Shown in pieces: positions 24,639-35,125 of a stretch of 46,657 nucleotides of DNA. Within the stretch, counting starts at the first letter, position 1. Each line of letters opens with the position of its first letter. This DNA comes from Octopus bimaculoides (Eukaryota), in the NCBI RefSeq assembly GCF_001194135.2, contig NC_068985.1, positions 92,442,728 to 92,489,384 of the forward strand, written 5' to 3'. The position numbers and the translations under genes are program-made. Under the pieces are notes generated by a model. The model made no database searches. It saw only the letters and a list, made by a program, of their open reading frames with translations, and had not been told where the DNA came from.

Positions 24639-24840
24639 TTTTTTTTTTATTTACTTGATAAATCTGACCAGCAAACTCTACCCAGCTTTGAGTAACTGTA
24701 ATAGAGAGATGGGTGGAATGTATCTTTTGTCTTGTACTCAGGCCATGAGATGCTTTGAGCCCTCGTAAGAAGTTGTCTGCGAATGTTCCTGGCTTATTAT
24801 TGAGTAAAAACGGCCAAGTTCTTCACAGACAGTTATGCAC

Positions 24841-25216
24841 TTCATGTTTTTGCTAACACATTTCTTTTGTTCCAATTAATTTTAGAAATAATAAAGAATT
24901 TACGTAAAATAAATATTATTACTAAGATAGCGTAAGGCAGCAAGCTGATAGAATTGTTAGTATGCTAGGCTTAATGTTGAGCATTTCATCTATCTTTACA
25001 TTTTGAGTTCAAATCCTGTCAAGGTCAGCTTTGCCTTTCATTTATTCAGGATCTTTAAAATAAGTATCAGTGAACTACTGGGGTCAAGCTACTTGACTAG
25101 ACCCCACTCCTGCAAAATTTCAGGCTTTGTGCTTGTAAAAGAAAGGATTGATAAGATTGCGTTTGAGACAAATACCAGCATGAACTTTAAGATGAATAGA
25201 TTCAATTTAGATCACT
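24841..25216. mobile_element. MITE F host copy, interrupted by SINE E
   Basis: F interior resumes after the SINE and ends at ATTTAGATCACT. Confidence 0.65.
24934..25151 (+). mobile_element. SINE E with 11-bp TSD
   Basis: B box GAGTTCAAATCC; TAAGATAGCGT (24923-24933) and TAAGATTGCGT (25152-25162). Confidence 0.8.
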
Positions 25217-25472
25217 TCAACCCTTTAGTTCCCATATTTCTGTTGAAATACAGTTTCTATTACTTCCGCCTTAGCGAAGGCAGAGGTATTGTTTTCAGTC
25301 GTGTTTGTTTGTTTGTTCATGTGGACAAGAGAGCTCAAGAACCGCTGGATGGATTCAGATGAAACTTTTAGGGAGGTTTGGCCTTGTGACTGGAACAAAC
25401 TGATTAGATTTTGCAATTGATCTGGTACCAGACAAGGATAGGTCTCGGGTGATTTGGTATCAAAAGGGTTAA
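25217..25472. mobile_element. MITE F ends enclosing a Helentron-type element
   Basis: TCAA-CCCTTTAGTTCCCATATTTCTGTTG ... GGTATCAAAAGGG-TTAA. Confidence 0.75.
25258..25440 (+). mobile_element. Non-autonomous Helentron-associated (DINE-1/HINE-like) element
   Basis: 5' hairpin TACTTCCGCCTT-agcg-AAGGCAGAGGTA, then (GTTT)n, then GGATTCAGATGAAACTT block: DINE-1-type architecture. Confidence 0.6.
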
Positions 25473-25479
25473 TGTAATT

Positions 25480-25625
25480 CTCAGATAGGACTGGTGTCAC
25501 TTAAGGTGAACTTGGGTAGAAGGCTAGCATCAACCTAAGTCTATGGTGGAAAGCATTAACCTCAAGACATTGTGCAGTGGAATTGAACCTGTGGCCTCAT
25601 GATTGCAAGGTAAACCTATTTGGTC
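25480..25625 (-). mobile_element. Highly degenerate SINE A head
   Basis: CAAGACATTGTGCAGTGGAATTGAACC resembles the reverse complement of the A head. Confidence 0.45.
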
Positions 25626-25649
25626 ATATTTGCACCTTGAATTAAGAGT

Positions 25650-25815
25650 CACACACACGCATACACACACAAACATTTGATCACACACAGATACACACAC
25701 ATACACAAACACTTGATCATACACACACACACACACACACACAAACTCTTGATCACAGACACATACACAAACACTTGATCACACACACATACACAAATAC
25801 ACAAACACACACACA
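25650..25815. repeat. (CA)-rich minisatellite with four CAAACACTTGATCA-like motifs
   Basis: Motifs at 25670, 25706, 25742, 25768. Confidence 0.9.
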
Positions 25816-26079
25816 TCAGTTCCTACCACCACTACCACCACCAATCATCATACATCCCTAGCAAGCCCCTAAAACAGGCCAATCCCCTCTACCCCTTTGA
25901 TCCTACCAAACACTGCAGGAGTCCGCCTTATCTCCAGTGTGATTCCACATTAAACTGAATCGTTGCACAACTCAAACATCTCAACCTCTGCACATTGCAT
26001 GTGCACACATAACTGCACCCAATTATCGTGTGTTATGTTAATCAAAAGATGTTCAGTAGTCAGAGCAGCAAGACTGCCA

Positions 26080-26460
26080 GACGGTGGTGGTGGTGGTGGT
26101 GGTGGTGATGATGATGAAAGTGGTGGTGATGATGGTTGTAGTAAAGACAGTGGTGGTAGTGGTGATGATAGTGGTGGTGGTGACGGTTGTAGTAGTAAAG
26201 ACAGTGATGGTGATAGTGATGACAATGAACGGGGTGGTGATGGTGGTGGTGATGACGATGGAGATGATGATAATGATAATGTTGATGATGGTGATGATGA
26301 GGAAAGTGAAGTTGTTGGTGGAGGTGGTGGTGGCGGTAATGTTATTGGTGTAGAGATAGTAGTAACGATAGTGGTGGTAGTGGAGGCAGTAGTTGTCTTC
26401 GTAGCAGCAGCAGTAGTAGTAGTGGTAGTGGTGGCCATGGTATCGATGGTGATAGTAGTA
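26080..26460. repeat. Mixed (GGT/GAT/AGT)n trinucleotide region
   Basis: Direct reading; source of the Pro-rich and Gly/Asp-rich pseudo-ORFs. Confidence 0.95.
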
Positions 26461-27542
26461 TAGTCATTAAGATAGTGCTAGTAAGTAAAATAAATCTCGT
26501 TAGTTGATAGACTGAAAAACCCCATTGATAGTCATCTATCTTCATGTGAAACGGTGAAGGACTTAGACAAGCAACCAACTCCCAATAACAACACATAACA
26601 CGCAACAACTAGTCGTAGATCCATCATTGTCTCTTTACCTTCTGCACTAGCTCTTTTACTCCAGTTAGAATAAAAGAATGGAATTTGCAGAAGTGTTGCT
26701 TTGCTTTTGTGTTTTTTTAACTAAACGTTAAACCATAGATTTTGTAATGAAGCGAGAAGAAAATTTCTGACGTTCATGCCTCCGTTGGGACATTAGTAAA
26801 TGTGAGAGAGGTAATGCAGTTTCAGTTTGTAATGGAAGCCAGATTGTTTGTCGAGAATTTACTGCTGGAATACACTACATTGCACTGCTTACCTCAACTT
26901 GATAGAATAATATCAACAGAATTTTCCATTTTAAGACAACCATTTGAGATTTGAATGAATTCATTTATTCATTCTGTTATCTATTTCTGTTTGTATTTAT
27001 TTAATTTTTGCTTAACAGATAAATATGCATTAAGATGATTAATTTTTATGGAATTTTAAAATATTAAATTGTCAGATTGTGCTATAATATTTCCTGCAAT
27101 CCTTGTTATTTTATGGAGACTTGTTGAGACTTTTCTATTGTTTCCATTTTATTAAGCAACTGAACTACCCAGGGCTATAAATATTTAATTGACATAGGAG
27201 TTTAGTCCCCATCACTCACAAACCCAACTCCACCTCACTTGTATATATCTTCAAAATGAAAACAGATGATTTTAGAATAAAACATTTTAGTTGCTTGGCA
27301 CTTTGTCTTTGCAATTTTTGCTTAGGGATGATATTTTTCAAATAATCATTTTTATATTTACCAATGACAGTTAAAAATAAATATTAAAAAACTATATAAA
27401 TATTACAGCAGAATTTGTTTGCCCAGAGAATTTAAATTCAATTTTGTTCCTTATTTTAATATTCCTTCTCATTGCATTTATTATTTTTACTTTTTATTTT
27501 TAAATATTTTTTATTTTCTTCTTTTCAGTCATATACATATAT

Positions 27543-27578
<36 letters not shown>

Positions 27579-27945
27579 CATCATCATCGTCATCATCATC
27601 GTTTAATGTCTGCTTTCCATGTTCGCATGATATATGTGTGTCTGTATGTCAAATATTTTTCCTTCCTGGAATATATTGTATGAATACACAAATACACAAA
27701 GCTGCTATCATCATCATCATCGCCATGCTGTCGTCTATCTCTGATTCGGATGATTATCATCATGTGATAATTGACTATTTCTCAGACATATGGGAAATAT
27801 GCAGAAAGTATGATAATGGTGATAACAATCCTGACAATGAATATGATAATTTTTCCTCCGTAATTACACAAATTTGATATGTCTGAGAAACATTAACAAC
27901 GATTATTATTATTATCATCATCANNNNNNNNNNTGATGCTGTGCA

Positions 27946-27984
<39 letters not shown>

Positions 27985-28194
27985 GTTGTGCTGTCTAAAC
28001 GTATGACAAAGTTTAAAGTAGCAGAAATAGGTTTGAACAGGTTGATATTCTTAATGCCTTTTCTAACACCAATATTTAACTATTTTTATGTGTCTCACTT
28101 TTGTTTTGTTTTCCAACTCTTTTATATAATATTTCAATTTATATTCGGTTTCAATATACTTTGTATCCACAATTTGTATTTGGTTTCGATACGT

Positions 28195-28533
28195 TACCTT
28201 GGCTTCGATTACTTTTGAAGATGGGTGAAATAACTTTTGTCTTTATCAATGCAATATTTGGAACGTATGGACTTTCAAAAGAAAGTTTTAATTTAGATCA
28301 CTTTAACCCTTTTGTTACCATATGCGTGTTGAAAGACAATGCTTTTATTTGAATTAATTTTGAAAATAATGAAGAATTTAGAGAAATAACTTTTGTCTTT
28401 ATTAATCTGATGTTTGGAACATAAATTAATATGGTATCATGATAGAAAGTTTTAATTTAAATCTTTTTAGAATAGGAAGTTTTTATCACAGAACCAACAG
28501 GGTGATCTCAGGTGGAATGGTATCAAGAGTTAA
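28195..28533. mobile_element. Partial MITE F (28195-28302) followed at its internal TTAA by a complete MITE F (28303-28533)
   Basis: ...ATTTAGATCACT-TTAA-CCCTTTTGTTACC ... GGTATCAAGAG-TTAA. Confidence 0.8.
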
Positions 28534-28995
28534 AGATTATTCCTTATTAATTTCAGCTTAAATCTGTCTTCTAATGAAATTAGAAATGAACTGCCATGAC
28601 TAACTAGAACCAGAACTTTCAAATAAAAAAGAAAATTAGTCACTGAACTAAATATGGTTCCTTTCCAAAACTTTAAACCAAAATCAGAAAAAAAAAAATT
28701 GGAAATTTTAAAGAAAATCATTGAGTTAATTGTCAGAGGGCTATTTATCTAATACAACTAAGAATATGATTTTAAAACCTTTCATAGTAGAGAGAAAACT
28801 AAAAAATTATGAATAATCTTATGAAATAAATTTGCTAAGTTCCAAAGCAATCAAACTGGATACTTTCAAATTAATTAATTGTAAGATCTGATATTTTGCT
28901 CTAACTTTGCACTGAGATTTGAAAACAATTTTCATCAAATTTTTTTCTGGATTTATTTATTAATTTATGTATTATATCTATTTATTTATATATTT

Positions 28996-29952
28996 NNNNN
29001 NNNNNNNNNNNNNNNNNNNNNNNNNNNNNNNNNNNNNNNNNNNNNNNNNNNNNNNNNNNNNNNNNNNNNNNNNNNNNNNNNNNNNNNNNNNNNNNNNNNN
29101 NNNNNNNNNNNNNNNNNNNNNNNNNNNNNNNNNNNNNNNNNNNNNNNNNNNNNNNNNNNNNNNNNNNNNNNNNNNNNNNNNNNNNNNNNNNNNNNNNNNN
29201 NNNNNNNNNNNNNNNNNNNNNNNNNNNNNNNNNNNNNNNNNNNNNNNNNNNNNNNNNNNNNNNNNNNNNNNNNNNNNNNNNNNNNNNNNNNNNNNNNNNN
29301 NNNNNNNNNNNNNNNNNNNNNNNNNNNNNNNNNNNNNNNNNNNNNNNNNNNNNNNNNNNNNNNNNNNNNNNNNNNNNNNNNNNNNNNNNNNNNNNNNNNN
29401 NNNNNNNNNNNNNNNNNNNNNNNNNNNNNNNNNNNNNNNNNNNNNNNNNNNNNNNNNNNNNNNNNNNNNNNNNNNNNNNNNNNNNNNNNNNNNNNNNNNN
29501 NNNNNNNNNNNNNNNNNNNNNNNNNNNNNNNNNNNNNNNNNNNNNNNNNNNNNNNNNNNNNNNNNNNNNNNNNNNNNNNNNNNNNNNNNNNNNNNNNNNN
29601 NNNNNNNNNNNNNNNNNNNNNNNNNNNNNNNNNNNNNNNNNNNNNNNNNNNNNNNNNNNNNNNNNNNNNNNNNNNNNNNNNNNNNNNNNNNNNNNNNNNN
29701 NNNNNNNNNNNNNNNNNNNNNNNNNNNNNNNNNNNNNNNNNNNNNNNNNNNNNNNNNNNNNNNNNNNNNNNNNNNNNNNNNNNNNNNNNNNNNNNNNNNN
29801 NNNNNNNNNNNNNNNNNNNNNNNNNNNNNNNNNNNNNNNNNNNNNNNNNNNNNNNNNNNNNNNNNNNNNNNNNNNNNNNNNNNNNNNNNNNNNNNNNNNN
29901 NNNNNNNNNNNNNNNNNNNNNNNNNNNNNNNNNNNNNNNNNNNNNNNNNNNN
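28996..29952. other. Assembly gap adjoining (TA)n
   Basis: N run. Confidence 1.
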
Positions 29953-29995
<43 letters not shown>

Positions 29996-31281
29996 TATAT
30001 ACACACATACACGTGTGTGGTGTGTGTGTGTGTGTATTGCTCAAGGAGTAGATTTGGGGTTAAAAAAAAAGTTAATCACTTCCATTCGCTGTCAATTCTT
30101 CGATTGATAGGTTTCTTTCTCAAGAATTGAATTACCAAATGAATCGTTCCAACTTAATCCACTGCTCTTTTCATTCACAATTATTCTCTTGACCTGTCAA
30201 AGGGGAGGGGAGCAAAAAAAAAGGGATGAAAATAAAAATATGCATACACACAGACAAACAGCTGTACAGACATACAGATATAGAAAAAGAGAGAAAGCAA
30301 GGCAATCACATACACATTGCTTACACGTGTTAATACACAGATACACACATAGGCACTCACATACACAGAAGTGTGTGTGTGTGTGTGTCCATTATATCAT
30401 TTTCTTGAAGCCAGTACTGTACCAATATGGCTGTCAACAAGATCTCATCATGTTATATTCAAGGTCTTTTATCACAAGGAACAACCACTGAAATAATTAT
30501 TTTCTCCTCACCTACACTTAGAAATTGAAGCTCTGTGGATGACACACACACTACACTATCTCTACATTTATACATACAACACGTCACTCCTTTCTTCCCC
30601 TCACACACACACACNNNNNNNNNNTATATATATATATATACATACTCTCACACCTACACACACGTATAACTGATGATACTGGTGATGTTATTAAATTCTT
30701 GGCAAGTGAATACTCTCATAATTCTTATGGGAGTCTTCTTCTCACCCACCTTTTTATTGTTCCTTTGACTGATATTTCAATTTTCTGCCCTGTCATGTTT
30801 TCTTTTGATATTATTTTTTCTCTTTATAACTGATTAGTCTTACATTTTAGTTTCTTCTTTCTTATCCAATTCTATTTTATACACACACACACACACACAC
30901 ACACACCTTTGTCTCTCCCTCTCTCACTTTCCTTCCTCTTAAATCTACCATATCAAGTTGTCATTGCTTTCTGTGAATGTGCCTTTATTCAATAAGAAAA
31001 TAAAGCAAAGCATTTCTATTGTCACCAAATCTAAAATAAAAAGAAATGAAATGAAACAAAAATATTAAATTCTTTTTTAAAATAAGAAGCCATATTTAGG
31101 ATATTAAGATTTTTGTTCTTCTTCAATCTATGACCATTACATTTGTACCTGTCTCTTAAATACATTTCAAATATAGATTGAGGCAGTATTTTAACTTGCT
31201 TCATACTTTTCCATGTTCTATTGTCATAAAAATGTACTATCTCAAACTCACTGTCTGTTATCTAATTTTATAATCACATGT

Positions 31282-31980
31282 AGGTTCATGCATGGCTGTG
31301 TGGTTCAGAAACTTTCTTTCCAGCCACATGGTTTTTGGTTCAGTCTCAGTGTGTGACACCTTGGGCAAATGTCTTTTACTGTAGCACTGAACCAACCAAA
31401 CCTTTGTGAGTAGATTTGGTAAATAGAAACTAAAAGAAGTTCATCATTATTCATTTCACCCCAAAGGCTGTGGTCATGCTGGGGCACCACCAGTGTTATC
31501 ACCTTTTCAATAGTATTTCTTTTCTGATTGGCTTTTGGTGAAGGACAGAATTCAATATTGCTGCCTTCTCTTGAGTTTCTTGCCATGATTTATCAGGGAC
31601 CTTGGGTAGCAGGAGGTCAAGTTGTTTCTTGAAAACCTCCATCTTTACATCTCCCAGATGTTTTGGCAAGATATTAAATAGCTGTGGCCCCTTGAATTCC
31701 AGGTTATTGCAGTACATATGTGTGTGGTGTGCATCAAGTGTACCCTTGTTTTCACATCATGTGATGGTTGTAATTGTACATCACAACCATACAAGCAATG
31801 TTGTTTGTTTTGGTCTTCCATGACGAACATATCTGGCTGTGGAGAAATATTATCTTGCTCAGAAGAAGACAACAAAGAAGACAACATGATAGGAAGGGCA
31901 TCAAGCCATAGAAAATCTGTCTCAACAAATTCAATCTGACCCATGCAAGCTTGTAAAAGTGATTAGATGTTGATAAGGAT
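31282..31980 (+). mobile_element. SINE A2 interrupted by a LINE fragment
   Basis: Head 31282-31440; continuation 31718-31980 colinear with 36950-37182. Confidence 0.8.
31441..31717 (-). mobile_element. CR1/L2-group LINE 3' end (ORF2 C-terminus + 3' UTR), 5'-truncated
   Basis: YCNNLEFKGPQLFNILPKHL...VFKKQLDLLLPKVPD matches the typical GPxLFNxLP...FKxxLD..L..VPD C-terminus. Confidence 0.8.
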
Positions 31981-32470
31981 ATGAATCTGTAGTGATCAAC
32001 TTTGGACTTCCTTTCCTTTCTGGGAAGCAATCATGATAAAATTGATCACAAGCAAAGGGCAAAGGGATCGACTGGATCATTAAAACATTGGACAAAATTC
32101 TTTATGGTATTATTTTGGTTTCTTTATGCTCATTGTTTGTCTGCTGCATAAATTAGTGCTGCTGTATCAGTCCTTGCTTGCCAATGGGTTAATTTTAGTT
32201 ATATGGACACTAGAAGTCAGTTGCTAGGACAACCACTGATATCCCATTAAAAACAAAACTAAAAATATTCCACAAAAATGCAGACATTAAATTCTTGTCA
32301 AAAACTAAGTTTATTATTCAATTTTTAGTGTTTACAAAATTCGTCATCAGAAGCAATTGGTATTTTAGTCAGTATATTTGAAATTTGGTAGACTAATTTC
32401 AAACTGCTACTCTCCAAATGTACATTTTATTTCCTGATTCTGCTTCTGTATTCAGTCTAGTGCTGTTCCT

Positions 32471-33295
32471 CATCAACATCATCACCATCGTCATTTAACG
32501 GCCGCTTTCCATGCTGGCATGGGTTTGACTGAGGACTGATGAACCAGAAGGCTGCACCAAGCTCCAATCTGATCTGGCAAAATTTCTACAGCTGGATGCC
32601 CTTCCTGACGCCAACCACTCCAAGAGTGTAGTGGGTGCTCTTATGTACCACTAGCAAGAGGGCCAGTCAGGCGGTTCTGCCAATAACCACACTCAAAATG
32701 GTGTTTTTTACATGCTAGCTGCACGGGAGCCAATTCGGCGGCACTGGCAATGACCACTCTCGAAAGTTGTTTTCACATGCCACTGGCACATGTGCCAGTA
32801 AGGCAACAATATCGTTCAAATGGTACTTTTTACATGCTACCCGCACGGGAGCCAATCAGCGGCCCTGACAACGATCATGCTTGGATGGTGCATTTAACGT
32901 TCCACTGGCACAAGTGCCAATCAAGCGGTGCTGTCATCAGCCACGTCAGCGATTTCGATTTTGATTTCACTTTCCTCAACAGGTCTTTGCAAGCAAAGTT
33001 TATTGTCCAGTGAATGAGGGGTACGCATAGGTGGTCTGGTTATACCCACTGGCATAGGCCACGGGCTATGGTCTCACTTGGCTTGTTGGGTCTTCCCAAG
33101 CACAGCATATCTCCAAAGGTCTCTCAGTCACTAGTCATTGCCTCGGTAAAGCCCAATGTTCGAAGGTCGTACTTCACCACCTCATCCCAGGTTTTCCTGG
33201 GTCTACCTCTTCCATAGGTTCCCTCAACTGCTAAGGTGTGACACTTTTTCACACAGCTGTCCTCATTCATTCACAACACATGACCATACCATCGT
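32471..33295 (-). mobile_element. RTE-clade LINE, 5'-truncated: ORF C-terminus, 3' UTR with subrepeats, (GAT)n tail
   Basis: From 33294: RWYGHVL*MNEDSCVKKCHTLAVEGTYGRGRPRKTWDEVVKYDLRTLG (RTE WxGHV...GRPRxxW motif). Confidence 0.9.
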
Positions 33296-33365
33296 ATTAC
33301 TACATTGAACTCAAAAAATCATATCCAATCTTTGTTCACTCCTGATATTCACCAATAGGTTACAT

Positions 33366-33672
33366 GAAGGCATGTGGCTTAGTAGTTAAAGTGTACGGCT
33401 CAGGGACATAAAGTCATAAGTTCAGTTCCTGACAGTGTGTTTTGTCCTTGAGTGACATACTTTCTTTCATTATTACTCCATTCCACTCAGCAGCCAAAAA
33501 ATGAGTGGTACCTATATTTCAAAGGACCAGCCTTGTTACATTGTGTCATGCTGAATCTCCCTGAGAACTACATTAAGGGTACATGTGTCTGAGAAGTATT
33601 CAGCCATTTGCTCGTTAATTTCATGAGCAGGCTGTTCCACTGGAACACACATCATAACTGATGAAGAGCTAG
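33366..33672 (+). mobile_element. SINE D, full length
   Basis: A and B box remnants, TCCTTGAGTGACATACTT motif, D tail. Confidence 0.85.
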
Positions 33673-34114
33673 TTCTTTTGTTTTTTCTTTCTTTATGTAG
33701 CTATTAAACAAAACACATATTCATATGACATTTGAAGTTGTGGTAATTCTTTTATTAAATGAAAGACGGTTTCTCAAGGAGTTAGATTATGTAAATTTCA
33801 TTTTAACTCAAAAACCATTTTTCTAAATCATAATTTGGCTCAGCTTTTTCTCCATAAACTACCTCAATATTTGTGATTATGGCTCTTACCTTTTGTAGAT
33901 AAATCAAACTTCCTCTCTTCCTATCGTCAATTCAAATTAATCTCAACTATTCTGTGGAAATTATCTTTATCACTTTCAATTACTTGCAAGAATTTAAACA
34001 TATTTACGCTGATTGTTATATAAGATGAGAATATAAGCATTTAGAGAGATTCACAAATATAGGTGCAGGCATGTCTGAACTTCTTTACACAATTGTATCT
34101 GTACCTAAGAAATA

Positions 34115-34255
34115 GGTGGTTGTATAGTTAAGTTCACTACGCAACTATGTAGTTACAGGTTCAATCCAAGTGCATAGCACCTGGGGTAAGCTCTTCGTAC
34201 CATAGACCTGAAGTAATCAATACCTTGTGATTAAATTTGGTGGATGGAAAGTGCA
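34115..34255 (+). mobile_element. Degenerate SINE A head and body
   Basis: GGTTCAATCC...GCACCTGGGGTAAG...CTTGTGATTAAATTTGG. Confidence 0.6.
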
Positions 34256-34299
34256 CCTGCTACAAACCTGCACAAAAAGAATGTAAATGATGCAAGTCC

Positions 34300-34470
34300 G
34301 GAGCCAACTCCTTGCCTTCACTCCCAGCTGACCACCCATGCTTGACCTGTAGCAGAGCCTTCTGCACCAGCATCTGACTGATTGACCACAACCAGACACA
34401 CCATGCAACGATCTTCTTCTCCCATTTGTTCTCCTTGGTTATCATCATCAACAACAGACAAACTAATGTG
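34300..34470 (+). pseudogene. RTE/BovB-like C-terminal zinc finger and 3' end relic
   Basis: HPCLTCSRAFCTSI*LIDHNQTH (34333-34401; cf. CxxCxRxFxxxIGLxSHxRTH), then GGTTATCATCATCAACAACAGACAAAC. Confidence 0.6.
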
Positions 34471-34800
34471 AATGTGCTTGAATGTTGATACACCCTCTCC
34501 GTCTCTAATCAAGTGAAGTTGTGATGATGCTGAAGCTGTGAGTGGTCTCTCAGTTCTTTCAAAGACTTGTAGACATCCCAGGTAAGCATTAGCAATTGGA
34601 AGGGCATCCAAGTGTAGGATCCAGCTTTGGATAATTCTACACGCAGTTTCATGCATGCATGAAAAAAATTAAATGAATGAATGTGTCTACTAAACTAAAA
34701 GTTAACTACTACAGTTCTATATTTAAGAGATGAGGAATTATGTCCATAATTTACATTATTTACATTTAACAGATATTTGTCTTCATTTTGTTTGTTGTTA

Positions 34801-34844
34801 GCATAACGTTTCATCTGATATATCCTCCAGCCTTCATCAGGTGT
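34801..34844 (-). ncRNA. Minimal type I hammerhead ribozyme motif (left arm, partly decayed)
   Basis: ACAC-CTGATGA-A-GGCTG-loop-CAGAT-GAAACGTT-ATGC; core and AACGTT intact, stems damaged. Confidence 0.6.
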
Positions 34845-35081
34845 CTTGGGGAAATTTCGAACCTGGGTTCTCATTCCTATGGTATTTTTTGATGTTATTA
34901 TTATTAATATTATTAACCACTACGCCATATGCCCATAGGCATATGGTGTAGTGGTTAAGAGTGCGGGCTACTAACCCCAAGATTCTGAGTTCGATTCCAG
35001 GCAGTGATTGGAATAATAATAATAATAATAACATCAAAAAATACTTTAGGAATGAGAACCCAGGTTTGAAATTTCTGCAAG

Positions 35082-35125
35082 ACACCTGATGAAGGCTGGA
35101 GGGTATATCAGCCGAAACATTGTGT
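35082..35125 (+). ncRNA. Minimal type I hammerhead ribozyme motif (right arm)
   Basis: ACAC-CTGATGA-A-GGCTG-loop-CAGCC-GAAAC(A)TT-GTGT; stems I and II intact, G>A in the AACGTT stem III. Confidence 0.7.

Noticed and set aside
25950-26608. Pro/Ser-rich and Gly/Asp-rich ORFs resembling structural proteins
   Set aside because: Mixed trinucleotide repeat open on both strands; flanks are not protein-like.
33655-33675. CTGATGA as a further hammerhead core (also 17203, 30670, 32536)
   Set aside because: No stem II or GAAA at the required spacing.
34938-35005. tRNA gene (and other tRNA-like heads)
   Set aside because: A and B boxes are present but there is no complete acceptor stem; each continues into a repeat body.
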